Source: an uncultured bacterium
Lineage (GTDB): Bacteria > Macinerneyibacteriota > Macinerneyibacteria > Macinerneyibacteriales > DSCS01
Assembly (NCBI GenBank): GCA_964548195.1
Contig: CAZJQC010000017.1
Span: forward strand, 1,316 to 27,581
DNA length: 26,266 nt
Direction: 5' to 3'
Shown here: in pieces, positions 17,440 through 26,266 of the stretch
Position numbering within the stretch: the first letter of the stretch is position 1
How the letters are laid out: the number at the start of each line of letters is the position of its first letter
Made by a program: the position numbers and the translations under genes
The notes under the pieces: model-generated
What the model saw: the letters and a program-made list of their open reading frames with translations, nothing else
Database searches by the model: none
Told to the model about the DNA's origin: nothing

Positions 17440-17467
17440 TTGTATGCGGCATGTTTTCATGTATAAT
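17440..17467 (+). promoter_or_regulatory. Sigma70-type promoter of the ferric-reductase-like gene
   Basis: TTGTAT (17440-17445), 16 nt, TATAAT (17462-17467). Confidence 0.55.
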
Positions 17468-17499
17468 TTATCTGTTATCATTATGTCCGGGGGGAGTGG

Positions 17500-18759
17500 A
17501 TGAAAGAAACTCTTATGAGAGTGGTGTGGGCAGTTACCACCGCCGTGCCGATATATCTCTGGGCGTCGGAGACCGTCACCATATTAAGGATCAACGCCCA
17601 TACAATATCAGCCCTGTTCGGCCATCTTGCAGCCGTTTTCATGGTACAGGCTTTGTTTCTGGGATCGAGGTTCAAGATCCTGGAAAAGGGGGTCGGCCTT
17701 CAGCGCCTGAACAGGTCTCACGGCCTTTTGGGCGGTTTCGCATTGATGCTGCTGATACTGCACGGCGCGCTCATGGCCGCCGGCAACGACATCGGCATGC
17801 ATCCCATGTATACGGTATTGCCCGCTGCGGGGGTGATTCTAATTTCGATGTCAGCGCTTTTTATGCTGCTGGTAAAGGCGCGTCTCATGCGCGTATCATC
17901 CTGGCTGTCCCTGCATGGCAGGTTTAAATGGGTCTTTTATCTCTTTGCGGCGCATGCTTTGTATATAAGGGGGATATCCGTCTCGGACCCCTTTTCCGTT
18001 TATTATCTCTCGCTTACCGCAATGGCAGTATGTGCGGATGTCGCTACATCCGTAAGCAGGCATCACCGGTTCAGCTTTCCCCATAAGGTGACGGAGGTCA
18101 TTCGCGAAAGCCATGACACATGGGTGATAAGATGCGAAAAAAACGGATTTAAATATCTGCCCGGCCAGTATGCGTTCATACGCACAGTGATGAACGGCCG
18201 TGTTTCGGAAGAGCATCCGTTTACAATATCATCCGATCCCACAGGCGATTATATCGAGTTCACGATCAAATGGGTGGGCGAGTTCACCTCGGCCGTTCAC
18301 CATCTCAGGCCGGGGGACGATATCATCATAGACGGCCCTTACGGGCAGTTCTGTTTTCTCATGAAAAAACCGGGTGATGTGGTGTTTATCGCGGGGGGCA
18401 TAGGCATCACACCGTTTATCTCAATGCTCCGTTATGCGAACAGAGTGTCAAGCAGACATAAGTTCACGCTGATATGGGGAAATAAAAGAAAAGAAGACAT
18501 CATATTCCGGGCGGAGATCAAAGATATGACACTGGGGCTTGAAAAAATGAGGGTGGTGCATGTTTTGTCCAGAGACCCGGGAAGAAAGAGCGAGCACGGC
18601 CATATAGACAGCGGCATTATCAGTAAATACGTGGATATACCGGAATCGTCAATATTTTTCATATGCGGGCCTCCAAGGATGGCGTACGATTTGAAAAGGA
18701 TACTGCAGGATATGGGCATTGATAAGCGAAGGGTGTTTTATGAAAGATTCGGACTTTGA
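17500..18759 (+). CDS. Ferric reductase / NOX-like transmembrane flavocytochrome
   Basis: TM domain with H-x13-H and H-x12-H; FAD motif HPFTISS; NAD(P) motifs AGGIGITPF, CGPP, terminal ERF. Confidence 0.88.
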   Translation: MKETLMRVVWAVTTAVPIYLWASETVTILRINAHTISALFGHLAAVFMVQALFLGSRFKILEKGVGLQRLNRSHGLLGGFALMLLILHGALMAAGNDIGMHPMYTVLPAAGVILISMSALFMLLVKARLMRVSSWLSLHGRFKWVFYLFAAHALYIRGISVSDPFSVYYLSLTAMAVCADVATSVSRHHRFSFPHKVTEVIRESHDTWVIRCEKNGFKYLPGQYAFIRTVMNGRVSEEHPFTISSDPTGDYIEFTIKWVGEFTSAVHHLRPGDDIIIDGPYGQFCFLMKKPGDVVFIAGGIGITPFISMLRYANRVSSRHKFTLIWGNKRKEDIIFRAEIKDMTLGLEKMRVVHVLSRDPGRKSEHGHIDSGIISKYVDIPESSIFFICGPPRMAYDLKRILQDMGIDKRRVFYERFGL

Positions 18760-18784
18760 TCAAAGCGTCGGGGCGGGAGAGAGC

Positions 18785-20395
18785 ATGGCTGATTTTGAGG
18801 ATATAAGGAAAAACATACTTGAGGTCGAAAAGGATGATCCGGAATCCGCAATGAAAATAGTGGTGGAGGCCCTTGAATCCGCGCGGTCAAATGGATCAGG
18901 AGATGAGGAAATACGCCTGCTGGTCGATAAAGGCCGCATACACAGGAAATTGGCTCAATACGTCGAGGCTATAGACTGCCTTACCACGGCCGCATTATTG
19001 GCAGAGCAGACCGGCATCCCAAAACTGATACGCATGTCAAATAACAGCCTTGGAATTCTATACAGGCAGATAGCGGATTTTGAGAACGCCCTCACGGTAT
19101 ACGACAAGATGATAAATTACACCGACGGGGAAAACGAACCCGAATATCTGGCCCTGCTTCTGAACAACATCGGCGTCGTCTACCGCCACCTTGAGGAACG
19201 GGACAAATCGCTCAGCTATTATATGCGGGCACTGGCTCTATATGAACTTGCCAAAGACGAAAAGGGGTATGCAAACACCCTCAATAATATGGGCCTTATA
19301 TATGTGGACCTCAATTCATATGATCAGGGCATAGAATATTTTGAGCGTTCCCTTGCCATACGCCGCAAGATCGAAGACAGTCCGGGAGTTGCCGTATCGC
19401 TCCATAACCTGGGGCTGGCATACTGCCGAAAAGGCGATTACGCAGGATCGGAAAAAAACTTTTTAAAAGCGCTTGCCATGTTCGAAGAGGTCGGGAACCT
19501 GCTGGGGGTGGCCAAGACCAATGAGGCTTTGGGCGAGACGTATGAGCATTGGCCCGATCTTGAAAAGTCCGAATCCCATCTCATGGCCGCCCTGAGTACG
19601 GCCATAGAGATCGACAATGAAGAGATCATGAAGGGGAGCTATGAAAAGATATCCTATCTGCATGAGATCCGGGGCGACTATAAGAAAGCGCTTGATTATT
19701 ATAAACGTTTTTGCTCGGAACAGATAAAACTCTCTGACAGACTCAAAAACGACATGTGCGAAAGGGTGAGCATAAAATCCGAGATCGAGAAAAAAAAGGC
19801 CGAACAGAAACTGTACAGGATGATGAATGATGAATTGAAAAAAGCCAATAAACTTATATCCAGGAAAAACAGAGAGCTGAAGGAGTTTTCACTGCGGCTG
19901 AAGGAACTGGCGGATACCGACCAGCTTACCGGTCTGGCGAACCGCCGTTTTGCCACGGAACGCCTTAAACAGGAGCAGGTACGCCATGAGCGCAACAAAA
20001 AACCCTTCTCAGTCATATTGGCTGACATTGATGATTTTAAACATTTCAACGATGAATACGGGCATGAATGCGGAGACCGCATACTTGCGCATATATCTGC
20101 CATGTTTAAGGGATTGGTGCGTAAGCAGGACACCGTCTCCCGATGGGGCGGCGAGGAATTTCTGTTTATACTTCCCGAGACAGACGGCAAAGGATGCAGA
20201 AAGACCGCCGAAAAAATATTGCAAGCGGTTTCGGAGAGCCGGATAGATTATGATGGTATCTCTATCACTATGACCATAACGATGGGATACGGCGTTTACG
20301 ATGGAAAAGGGGATATCGGCGCTGTTATCGACGAGGCGGACAGGGCTATGTACAAGGGTAAAAAAAGCGGGAAGAACATGGTCTGTGAGGCTTGA
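18785..20395 (+). CDS. TPR-repeat diguanylate cyclase (GGDEF)
   Basis: TPR repeats (NNIGVVY, NNMGLIY, HNLGLAY), coiled coil, DQLTGLANRR, DIDDFKHFND, RKQD I-site, RWGGEEF; start 18785 chosen from a GGGAG SD (alternatives 18740, 18719). Confidence 0.93.
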   Translation: MADFEDIRKNILEVEKDDPESAMKIVVEALESARSNGSGDEEIRLLVDKGRIHRKLAQYVEAIDCLTTAALLAEQTGIPKLIRMSNNSLGILYRQIADFENALTVYDKMINYTDGENEPEYLALLLNNIGVVYRHLEERDKSLSYYMRALALYELAKDEKGYANTLNNMGLIYVDLNSYDQGIEYFERSLAIRRKIEDSPGVAVSLHNLGLAYCRKGDYAGSEKNFLKALAMFEEVGNLLGVAKTNEALGETYEHWPDLEKSESHLMAALSTAIEIDNEEIMKGSYEKISYLHEIRGDYKKALDYYKRFCSEQIKLSDRLKNDMCERVSIKSEIEKKKAEQKLYRMMNDELKKANKLISRKNRELKEFSLRLKELADTDQLTGLANRRFATERLKQEQVRHERNKKPFSVILADIDDFKHFNDEYGHECGDRILAHISAMFKGLVRKQDTVSRWGGEEFLFILPETDGKGCRKTAEKILQAVSESRIDYDGISITMTITMGYGVYDGKGDIGAVIDEADRAMYKGKKSGKNMVCEA

Positions 20396-20414
20396 CGCCG
20401 CGGGGAGCTGATTC

Positions 20415-21311
20415 ATGACGGGCAGTAAAAACGGGCGGCAGTTGACAGGTCTTGTTTCCGCGGCGGCTGCATTTATATTGTGGGGCGTGCTGCCGGCATA
20501 CTGGAAGCTTTTATCGGATGTCAGCCCCTATGAGATACTCGCGCACAGGATAGTGTGGTCCTTCGTCTTTGTCACGGCAGTCATATTGCTCACCGGCCGT
20601 ACAGGTGAGGTCAAAAAGATCTTGCGGAACAAAAAAACACTGACAGCGGTTGTCGCCGCTTCGTTTTTTGTGACTGTCAACTGGCTGGTGTACATATGGG
20701 CCGTGAACACAGGCCGTATAGTGGAGGCAAGCCTGGGTTATTATATAAACCCGATCCTGACTTTTTTTCTCGGGGCGGTCGTATTGAAGGAACGGCCTGA
20801 CCGTCTCAAGATCTGGGCCATCGCAAGCGCCGGATGCGGCGTGTTGGCTTTTTCGCTTGGATTGGGCAGGATACCATGGCTGTCCTTGGTGCTGGCCGTC
20901 TCTTTCGGCACATACGGACTGATCAAAAAAATAACCGGAGCCGGCGCCCTGGCCTCGCTTGCTGTCGAGACCGCCGTGGCCGCTCCTTTCGCGCTCGCCT
21001 ATATACTATATTCCTCACTGAGGGGCGAAGCCTCTTTTTTGTCGGGTGATATGACGGCGATGATATTTCTCCCTCTTTCCGGCATAGTGACCGCATTGCC
21101 GCTCTTCTTTTTCGCTGCGGCCGCCAACAGGATAAAGCTTTCTTCGGTGGGGTTTATGCAGTTTCTTTCGCCCTCCATAAATCTCGTGCTTGGGACGCTG
21201 GTGTACGGCGAGCTCTTTTCGCTCAGGCATGCAGTAAGTTTTTCATTTATATGGCTGGGGCTGGCAATGTATCTTTCGTCGCAGCTGCGACAGGCCCGCG
21301 AGGCGGTATGA
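20415..21311 (+). CDS. rarD: EamA family transporter RarD
   Basis: LWGVLPAYWK, EILAHRIVWS, NWLVYIWAVN, EASLGYYINP, SFGTYGLIKK. Confidence 0.93.
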   Translation: MTGSKNGRQLTGLVSAAAAFILWGVLPAYWKLLSDVSPYEILAHRIVWSFVFVTAVILLTGRTGEVKKILRNKKTLTAVVAASFFVTVNWLVYIWAVNTGRIVEASLGYYINPILTFFLGAVVLKERPDRLKIWAIASAGCGVLAFSLGLGRIPWLSLVLAVSFGTYGLIKKITGAGALASLAVETAVAAPFALAYILYSSLRGEASFLSGDMTAMIFLPLSGIVTALPLFFFAAAANRIKLSSVGFMQFLSPSINLVLGTLVYGELFSLRHAVSFSFIWLGLAMYLSSQLRQAREAV

Positions 21312-21312
21312 T

Positions 21313-21573
21313 GTGAGTATACTGCTCTTTCTTGTCGCCGGTTTTGCCGGCGGCTGGTTGTTAAGGAAAAAACGGGTCTCCGCCGCCGCTTCGCGCGCGG
21401 CCGGGCTGACCGTGATGATACTGCTTTTTTCACTTGGAACTGAGATCGGAAGCGATGCGGAACTCTATGCAGGCATAGGCAAACTCGGCTTTACGGGCTT
21501 TATATCCGCCCTGTTCTCGGTCGCGGGAAGCATAATATTGGGAGCGGCGTTTTGGAAGATCATAAAAAAATAA
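21313..21573 (+). CDS. LysO (DUF340) family, small N-terminal part
   Basis: Three TM segments, LLFSLGTEIG; directly precedes the larger LysO part. Confidence 0.8.
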   Translation: MSILLFLVAGFAGGWLLRKKRVSAAASRAAGLTVMILLFSLGTEIGSDAELYAGIGKLGFTGFISALFSVAGSIILGAAFWKIIKK

Positions 21574-22172
21574 TATCCATACTTAAAGAGACCGCGTTGC
21601 CTGTCTGTGTCTTTGCGGCAGGTATATGGGCGGGCAGAAGCGGATTCACTTTGCCGCAAGACGCTTCGGGGCTCATACTCATAGCGCTGATAGTCTTGAC
21701 CGGGCTCTCGCTGGGATCGAACCCCTCGGCTGGCAGACTCTTTAAGCTCGCCACTCCGCGCATGCTCTCGATACCGCTGAGCGTGATGGCGGGCACTGCC
21801 GCCGGAAATGCGATACTGTCACTGCTGCCGGTGGGGCTCACTCTCAGGGAATCAGTCCTGATAGGCGCGGGGTACGGATATTACAGCCTCTCCAGCGTAT
21901 TGATATCAGGACACGGATTGAAAGAGCTGGGTGCGGCAGCTTTGTTTGCAAATATAATGAGGGAAGTGATCACGCTTGCCCTGGCCGGCTACATGGTGCG
22001 ATTTTTCGGGAAGGCCGCCCCCATACTGTCGGGAGGCGCCACTTCAATGGATGTGACCCTTCCTGCGGTGATCAGTAAGTCCGGTGAGGAGTATGCGGTA
22101 GTGTCTGTATTCAGCGGAGTCTTACTCACACTTGCGGTGCCTGTGGTGATCACAGCCATACTGAACTTATAG
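21552..22172 (+). CDS. Lysine exporter LysO family, C-terminal part
   Basis: GAGYGYYSLSSVLI, NIMRE, GGATSMDVTLP; TTG start with GGAG upstream. Confidence 0.9.
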   Translation: MEDHKKIISILKETALPVCVFAAGIWAGRSGFTLPQDASGLILIALIVLTGLSLGSNPSAGRLFKLATPRMLSIPLSVMAGTAAGNAILSLLPVGLTLRESVLIGAGYGYYSLSSVLISGHGLKELGAAALFANIMREVITLALAGYMVRFFGKAAPILSGGATSMDVTLPAVISKSGEEYAVVSVFSGVLLTLAVPVVITAILNL

Positions 22173-22180
22173 GGGGCGGG

Positions 22181-22537
22181 ATGACAGAGGAACTGATGAA
22201 ATATTGCGCGGCTTTTAACGATACGGCGCTGACGCATCCCTTCGGGGCGAGCCCCCACGTGTATAAGACTGGCGGCAGGATATTCGCCCTGATATCGGAT
22301 GAGGGCGATAAGCTCAAGATCAGCCTTAAATGCGATCCGGACCATTCCGTCGAATTGCGCGGCCATTACGCGGGGATCTCGCCGGGATATCATCTGAACA
22401 AACAATTGTGGATATCCGTCGAACTCCCGTCAGATGTCTCCGTGAATATGGCCCGCGAACTGATTGCCCACTCGTATGAAGAGGTCAGACGAAAACTGGC
22501 GAAAAACAGCAAAAGGAGTGATCAAAATCGAATATAA
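22181..22537 (+). CDS. MmcQ/YjbR family DNA-binding protein
   Basis: PFG...YK-x-GGRIFA, LKCDP, PGYHLNKQLWISV, LIAHSY. Confidence 0.93.
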   Translation: MTEELMKYCAAFNDTALTHPFGASPHVYKTGGRIFALISDEGDKLKISLKCDPDHSVELRGHYAGISPGYHLNKQLWISVELPSDVSVNMARELIAHSYEEVRRKLAKNSKRSDQNRI

Positions 22538-25175
22538 ACTCAATGCGGATTATCCGAATTACCGCACCTTCAGAAAAGCCGTGATGATCCGAAAAGGCGA
22601 AGAAAAAGCCGCGTGGGGGCCCGGATACATCGCCCCTGAATTAAGGTATTCGCTGGACGGTGAAGAAGGCATCATACGGGTAAGATATGAGGATATACCT
22701 TTTTTTACTTCCGATGAAGAAACGGGTTCGGAGCATATGCGCGATATACTCGGGGCGCAGTCGGGAAAACGCGAATGCGCCGGGCGGCTTGAATCAGTAT
22801 ATGACGCGCATCTGAAGGAGATAGACTTTAATACGGACATGGAGCTTACTGAAAACGAGTTCGTCGTCCCGTGCACTTCCGAAAAGTACCTCTCCGAAGA
22901 ACTGGTGAGCCATAAGGGCACCATGCTGCTCAAGCTGTCCCGCAAGGATTATCCTGTCCCCGATTTCTGCATACTTAATTCACGCTTCAGCCAGCTGGAT
23001 AAAAAAGCGCGCAGGAAGCATGTCGTATCAGCCCTAAGGAACCTGGAAAAGCTTACCGGTTCGGCCCTGGGTGATGCGGAGAATCCTCTTGTCTTTGCTG
23101 TCAGATGCGCGATGCCGAGATATATACCGGGCCTTATGCCGACGTTTCTGAACGTGGGGGTCACGGATGACGTCTTTGACGCACTGAGCCGAAAGCACGG
23201 CAGGCTGGTGGCGTCCAAGATATGGCTTAATAATATGAAGACTCTCTATGGCCTTTTGTACAGAGACCGCGGCGATTTTGACACCGCCCTGGTAAGGGGA
23301 TGCCTGAAAAGCGACGATGTGGCTGAAATAGACGCTTTGACAAACCTCCTGCGGAGGTCGATAGACGCGCTGGATCCGGGTCTCGCGAGAGATCCGCTTT
23401 ATCAGACTCTTTTTTTCATAGATAAGGCCATAGAGGGATTTGAACAAAACAGCGACCTGTTTTACACATTCGTCAAAAACAGGGAAAGCTTTCCGTCACT
23501 CATCCTTCAGAAGATGGTCTGGACGATCATAGACAACAACTCTTATCCCGGGGTGCTTTACAGCCGTCATTCGCGCACCGGCCTGGGGCGGCAGGTCGAA
23601 TTTGTGAGGAATATCTTTGGCGAGGAGATCATGACAGGCACCATTGAGACAAAAGAGATAGAGTATTTTGACCGGGCTGAGATCAGAGACGATTTTCCCG
23701 CGGTATATCATTTTGATCCGCTGCTGGAGCGGCTTGAAAAAATACTGGCATCGCCGGTGACAGTCGAGTTTGCGGCCGAATCGGGCAGAAACTGGGATTT
23801 TTTCGCCGTGCTTCAGCTGAATAAGGCGGAGCTCACCGGAAGGTCCTCCCTGCTTTCGGCGGTGGACATGTTCAACAGAGGCGTAATAGACCGCGAGCGC
23901 GTTATCAGCCTTATACAGCCCTATCACCTCAGACAGATCATATCCGGAAGCATTGATGACGCGTCCTTTAAAAATCTTAATTACTTTTGCGGCGGTGTGT
24001 CGGTGCTGCCCCGTTCAGCTGTCTCGGCCAGAGCTTATTTCAGCGCGAAAGCCGCGCTTGACGCGAAAAAAAGAGGCGAAAAGATCTGCATATGCAAAGA
24101 GAACTTCATCCCATCCGACACCATAGTAATGAACGAGATGGATGCCATAGTCAGCGTAAACCCGGCGGCTATACATGTGGTCACCGCATGCAGAAGTTTC
24201 GGCATACCCGCCTTCCTGAACCTTGAACATTTCGGAGTGAGGATGGCCGATCATATGCTCATAAACAAGGACGGGGAGATAATAAGAGAAGGCGATTGGA
24301 TCACTTTATCCAGCAAAAGAAAGACGGTGTTTACCGGAAGAGCGAGATTTAAGACGGCGAGGTTTCAAAAATATCTTGACGGGGAACGCTTTGAGATGGA
24401 GGAGAAAGAGGAGAAGGTCTTTGTGAATATGGCGCGGGCCTTTGAGACCTACAGGGAGATCGTTGAAAATGCCGACCTTGATTCCATTGTAAACCTGAAG
24501 GACCTTATAAAACTTATCAGAAACGATCTGAGAAAAAATCCTGAAAAAGCGTCGCATTTTTTGAATAAATGGTTTGATTCGCATACCGAGAAATATTTGG
24601 AACAGACCCTTCAAAGTGAACTGGGGACACATCAGGCGCAGTTCAGCCTCTATAATATGCTGACCATGGAAAGAAAGATACGCTTTTTTAAAGGAATACT
24701 CTCAATATGCATGCGGGAGGGGCTTTCGGGGTACAATGCCGGGTCATTCATGCTTGGACGCTTCATATGCCAGCCGCATCCGATAAGGTTCTGGCGCGAT
24801 TTTACACCGGAAGAGACACTTTTCCTGCTTAATGAATATGTACTGTTCGAAAAGTATATTCAGATACTTAACAAAGTCGGCGAAAGAAAGATAAACAGGG
24901 CCAGAAGCCATATATTGAACGGGGGGCTTGGAAGCATCGAAGTCAATTACGGATATGCCGGCACATTTTTGACATTAAAGCTTAATATGGCTTCCCCTGA
25001 GCCGTATTTTGCCGCGATGAAAGAACATTATGAAGCCGAGACCGGAGATTTGCTGAAGATATTGTGTCTGCCGTACGGCAGACTGTATGATTACGATGAT
25101 GAGATGTCTTTTAAACGTCTCATGGGACTCTGCCGCGCGGAGGGCGTAAACGTCCCCGACAGGGATGATATCTGA
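22518..25175 (+). CDS. PPDK-like dikinase: ATP-grasp plus phosphohistidine swivel domain plus unrecognised C-terminal domain (start uncertain)
   Basis: Collinear with the PPDK N-terminal and central domains (KG...PVPDF, LEKLTG...GD-x-ENPL, PGLMPTFLNVG, GEEIMTG, VEF, LQ, H-x5-R-x-FGIP, EGDWITL); no PEP/pyruvate TIM-barrel motifs. Confidence 0.78.
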   Translation: MIKIEYKLNADYPNYRTFRKAVMIRKGEEKAAWGPGYIAPELRYSLDGEEGIIRVRYEDIPFFTSDEETGSEHMRDILGAQSGKRECAGRLESVYDAHLKEIDFNTDMELTENEFVVPCTSEKYLSEELVSHKGTMLLKLSRKDYPVPDFCILNSRFSQLDKKARRKHVVSALRNLEKLTGSALGDAENPLVFAVRCAMPRYIPGLMPTFLNVGVTDDVFDALSRKHGRLVASKIWLNNMKTLYGLLYRDRGDFDTALVRGCLKSDDVAEIDALTNLLRRSIDALDPGLARDPLYQTLFFIDKAIEGFEQNSDLFYTFVKNRESFPSLILQKMVWTIIDNNSYPGVLYSRHSRTGLGRQVEFVRNIFGEEIMTGTIETKEIEYFDRAEIRDDFPAVYHFDPLLERLEKILASPVTVEFAAESGRNWDFFAVLQLNKAELTGRSSLLSAVDMFNRGVIDRERVISLIQPYHLRQIISGSIDDASFKNLNYFCGGVSVLPRSAVSARAYFSAKAALDAKKRGEKICICKENFIPSDTIVMNEMDAIVSVNPAAIHVVTACRSFGIPAFLNLEHFGVRMADHMLINKDGEIIREGDWITLSSKRKTVFTGRARFKTARFQKYLDGERFEMEEKEEKVFVNMARAFETYREIVENADLDSIVNLKDLIKLIRNDLRKNPEKASHFLNKWFDSHTEKYLEQTLQSELGTHQAQFSLYNMLTMERKIRFFKGILSICMREGLSGYNAGSFMLGRFICQPHPIRFWRDFTPEETLFLLNEYVLFEKYIQILNKVGERKINRARSHILNGGLGSIEVNYGYAGTFLTLKLNMASPEPYFAAMKEHYEAETGDLLKILCLPYGRLYDYDDEMSFKRLMGLCRAEGVNVPDRDDI

Positions 25176-25224
25176 TGGATGTGAATAAGAGTTTCTTTGA
25201 GGCAGTTGACGGAGATGAGGGTGT

Positions 25225-25548
25225 ATGACAGAGTTTACGGCAAAGGTCCGCAGGCTTATAAGATCCGTGCCGCGGGGAAGGGTGGCGACATACGGCCAGA
25301 TCGCCGCCCTGGCGGGAAATCCGCGCGGCGCCAGAGCGGTGTCCTGGATATTGCATTCGGCCCCTCCTGATGCCGGCCTGCCCTGGCATAGGATTGTCGG
25401 TGTGGCGGGGAAAATATCACTTAAGGGGGAGGGCGGCATCATACAGCGGGAACTGCTCGCCGCCGAAGGCGTGGACTCCGATAGCCGGGGGCGTATTGAT
25501 ATTAAGGCTTTCGGATGGACGGGCGACGCGCCGGAGGATATAATATGA
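25225..25548 (+). CDS. Alkyltransferase-like (ATL) protein, MGMT family
   Basis: VPRGRVATYGQIA...ARAV; PWHR in place of catalytic PCHR; Q-x-x-LL-x-x-EG. Confidence 0.92.
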   Translation: MTEFTAKVRRLIRSVPRGRVATYGQIAALAGNPRGARAVSWILHSAPPDAGLPWHRIVGVAGKISLKGEGGIIQRELLAAEGVDSDSRGRIDIKAFGWTGDAPEDII

Positions 25549-26222
25549 AAGCGTCGCCGTCTTTTTCAGGCGATCCTATTATCGCACTGAATGCCTTAAA
25601 TTTCATAAAAAACGGATATGCCCTCTCCGTGACCGAAGCGGACGGCATATTGAAAGTCGCCGGCTTCAGTGACCGCGACTGGACATATTTTGCGGTTTCC
25701 GAGGGGCAGGAGAGGCGCGCGGCCGAGATGAGCGACGATGATGATATGAATTTTGCCGCCGTTAGTGACGCCTTCTGTGATCTCATAGCATATAAATGGC
25801 GCATACGTACCGCAAAACTCATATACACGGGGAAATTGCCTTCGCGATCGCCCGATTGCCGGGCCTTGAGAGAATCGGATGCGGAAAGGCTGATCGAATT
25901 GTCGCATTATTCGGCTTTTTTGACCAGCGAATACGTGAGGGACCGTATCAAAAACGGCATCTCCGCATGCGTACGCAGAAACGGCGTGCCTCAGGCCTGG
26001 GCCATGACGCATGATGACGGGGCTGTGGGTTTTCTCCATACGGATAAATCCGTGAGAAGAAAAGGGTACGGCGAACAGGCGGCGCTTGCCGTGATACGGG
26101 AAGTGATGCTTCGGGAGGAGATGCCTTTTGTGCACATAGAAGCGGATAACAAACCCTCCCTTTGCCTGGCCACAAAACTGGGCTTTGTGTTTCATTCTTA
26201 TGTGAACTGGATCGGTGTGTAA
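25545..26222 (+). CDS. GNAT family N-acetyltransferase (FR47-like C-terminal domain)
   Basis: AcCoA-binding RRKGYG, N-x-PS-x-x-L-x-x-KLGF; SD GGAGG and ATGA overlap give start 25545. Confidence 0.85.
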   Translation: MKASPSFSGDPIIALNALNFIKNGYALSVTEADGILKVAGFSDRDWTYFAVSEGQERRAAEMSDDDDMNFAAVSDAFCDLIAYKWRIRTAKLIYTGKLPSRSPDCRALRESDAERLIELSHYSAFLTSEYVRDRIKNGISACVRRNGVPQAWAMTHDDGAVGFLHTDKSVRRKGYGEQAALAVIREVMLREEMPFVHIEADNKPSLCLATKLGFVFHSYVNWIGV

Positions 26223-26231
26223 ACTCTTTTT

Positions 26232-26260
26232 TTGCGTCCGACTCCTTTCCGTGTTATAAT
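26232..26260 (+). promoter_or_regulatory. Sigma70-type promoter for a gene beyond the window
   Basis: TTGCGT (26232-26237), 17 nt, TATAAT (26255-26260) with extended -10 TG. Confidence 0.7.
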
Positions 26261-26266
26261 ACCGCA

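Noticed and set aside
17358..17927. 189-aa alternative-frame ORF overlapping the oxidoreductase
   Set aside because: TTG start without SD, crosses the promoter, no recognisable protein features
22518..25175. Annotation as canonical ppdK
   Set aside because: The PEP/pyruvate-binding domain motifs are absent
1..26266. tRNA/rRNA genes, CRISPR arrays, IS elements, integrases, prophage or defence genes
   Set aside because: None recognised; intergenic gaps are short and no repeat arrays or transposase motifs were seen

Overview
Gene-dense bacterial chromosomal window (roughly 50% GC by eye; a diderm host, since it encodes TonB and a TonB-dependent receptor). 27 of 28 called genes are on the + strand. 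In order: end of a phosphate operon (pstA partial, pstB, phoU); a lipoprotein/secreted-protein pair; a divergent Zn-dehydrogenase / thiol peroxidase pair with twin Rex/CRP-like boxes; a GT2-flippase-AI-2E-cyclophilin-DMT run; an uptake operon (TonB, duplicated-domain lipoprotein, TonB-dependent receptor, stand-alone TiaS-like enzyme, degenerate ABC exporter) whose promoter is overlapped by a perfect palindrome with ModE-box geometry; a conserved exported hypothetical; a LytTR-like direct repeat upstream of a NOX/ferric-reductase-like gene and a TPR-GGDEF cyclase; then RarD, split LysO, MmcQ/YjbR, a PPDK-like dikinase with a replaced substrate domain, an alkyltransferase-like protein and a GNAT. 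No RNA genes, CRISPR arrays or mobile elements were recognised. Best candidates for undescribed biology: (1) a putative Mo/W-repressed TonB-dependent uptake system coupled to a TiaS-like enzyme; (2) a PPDK-derived dikinase of unknown acceptor. All family calls come from motif recognition by eye, not database searches.
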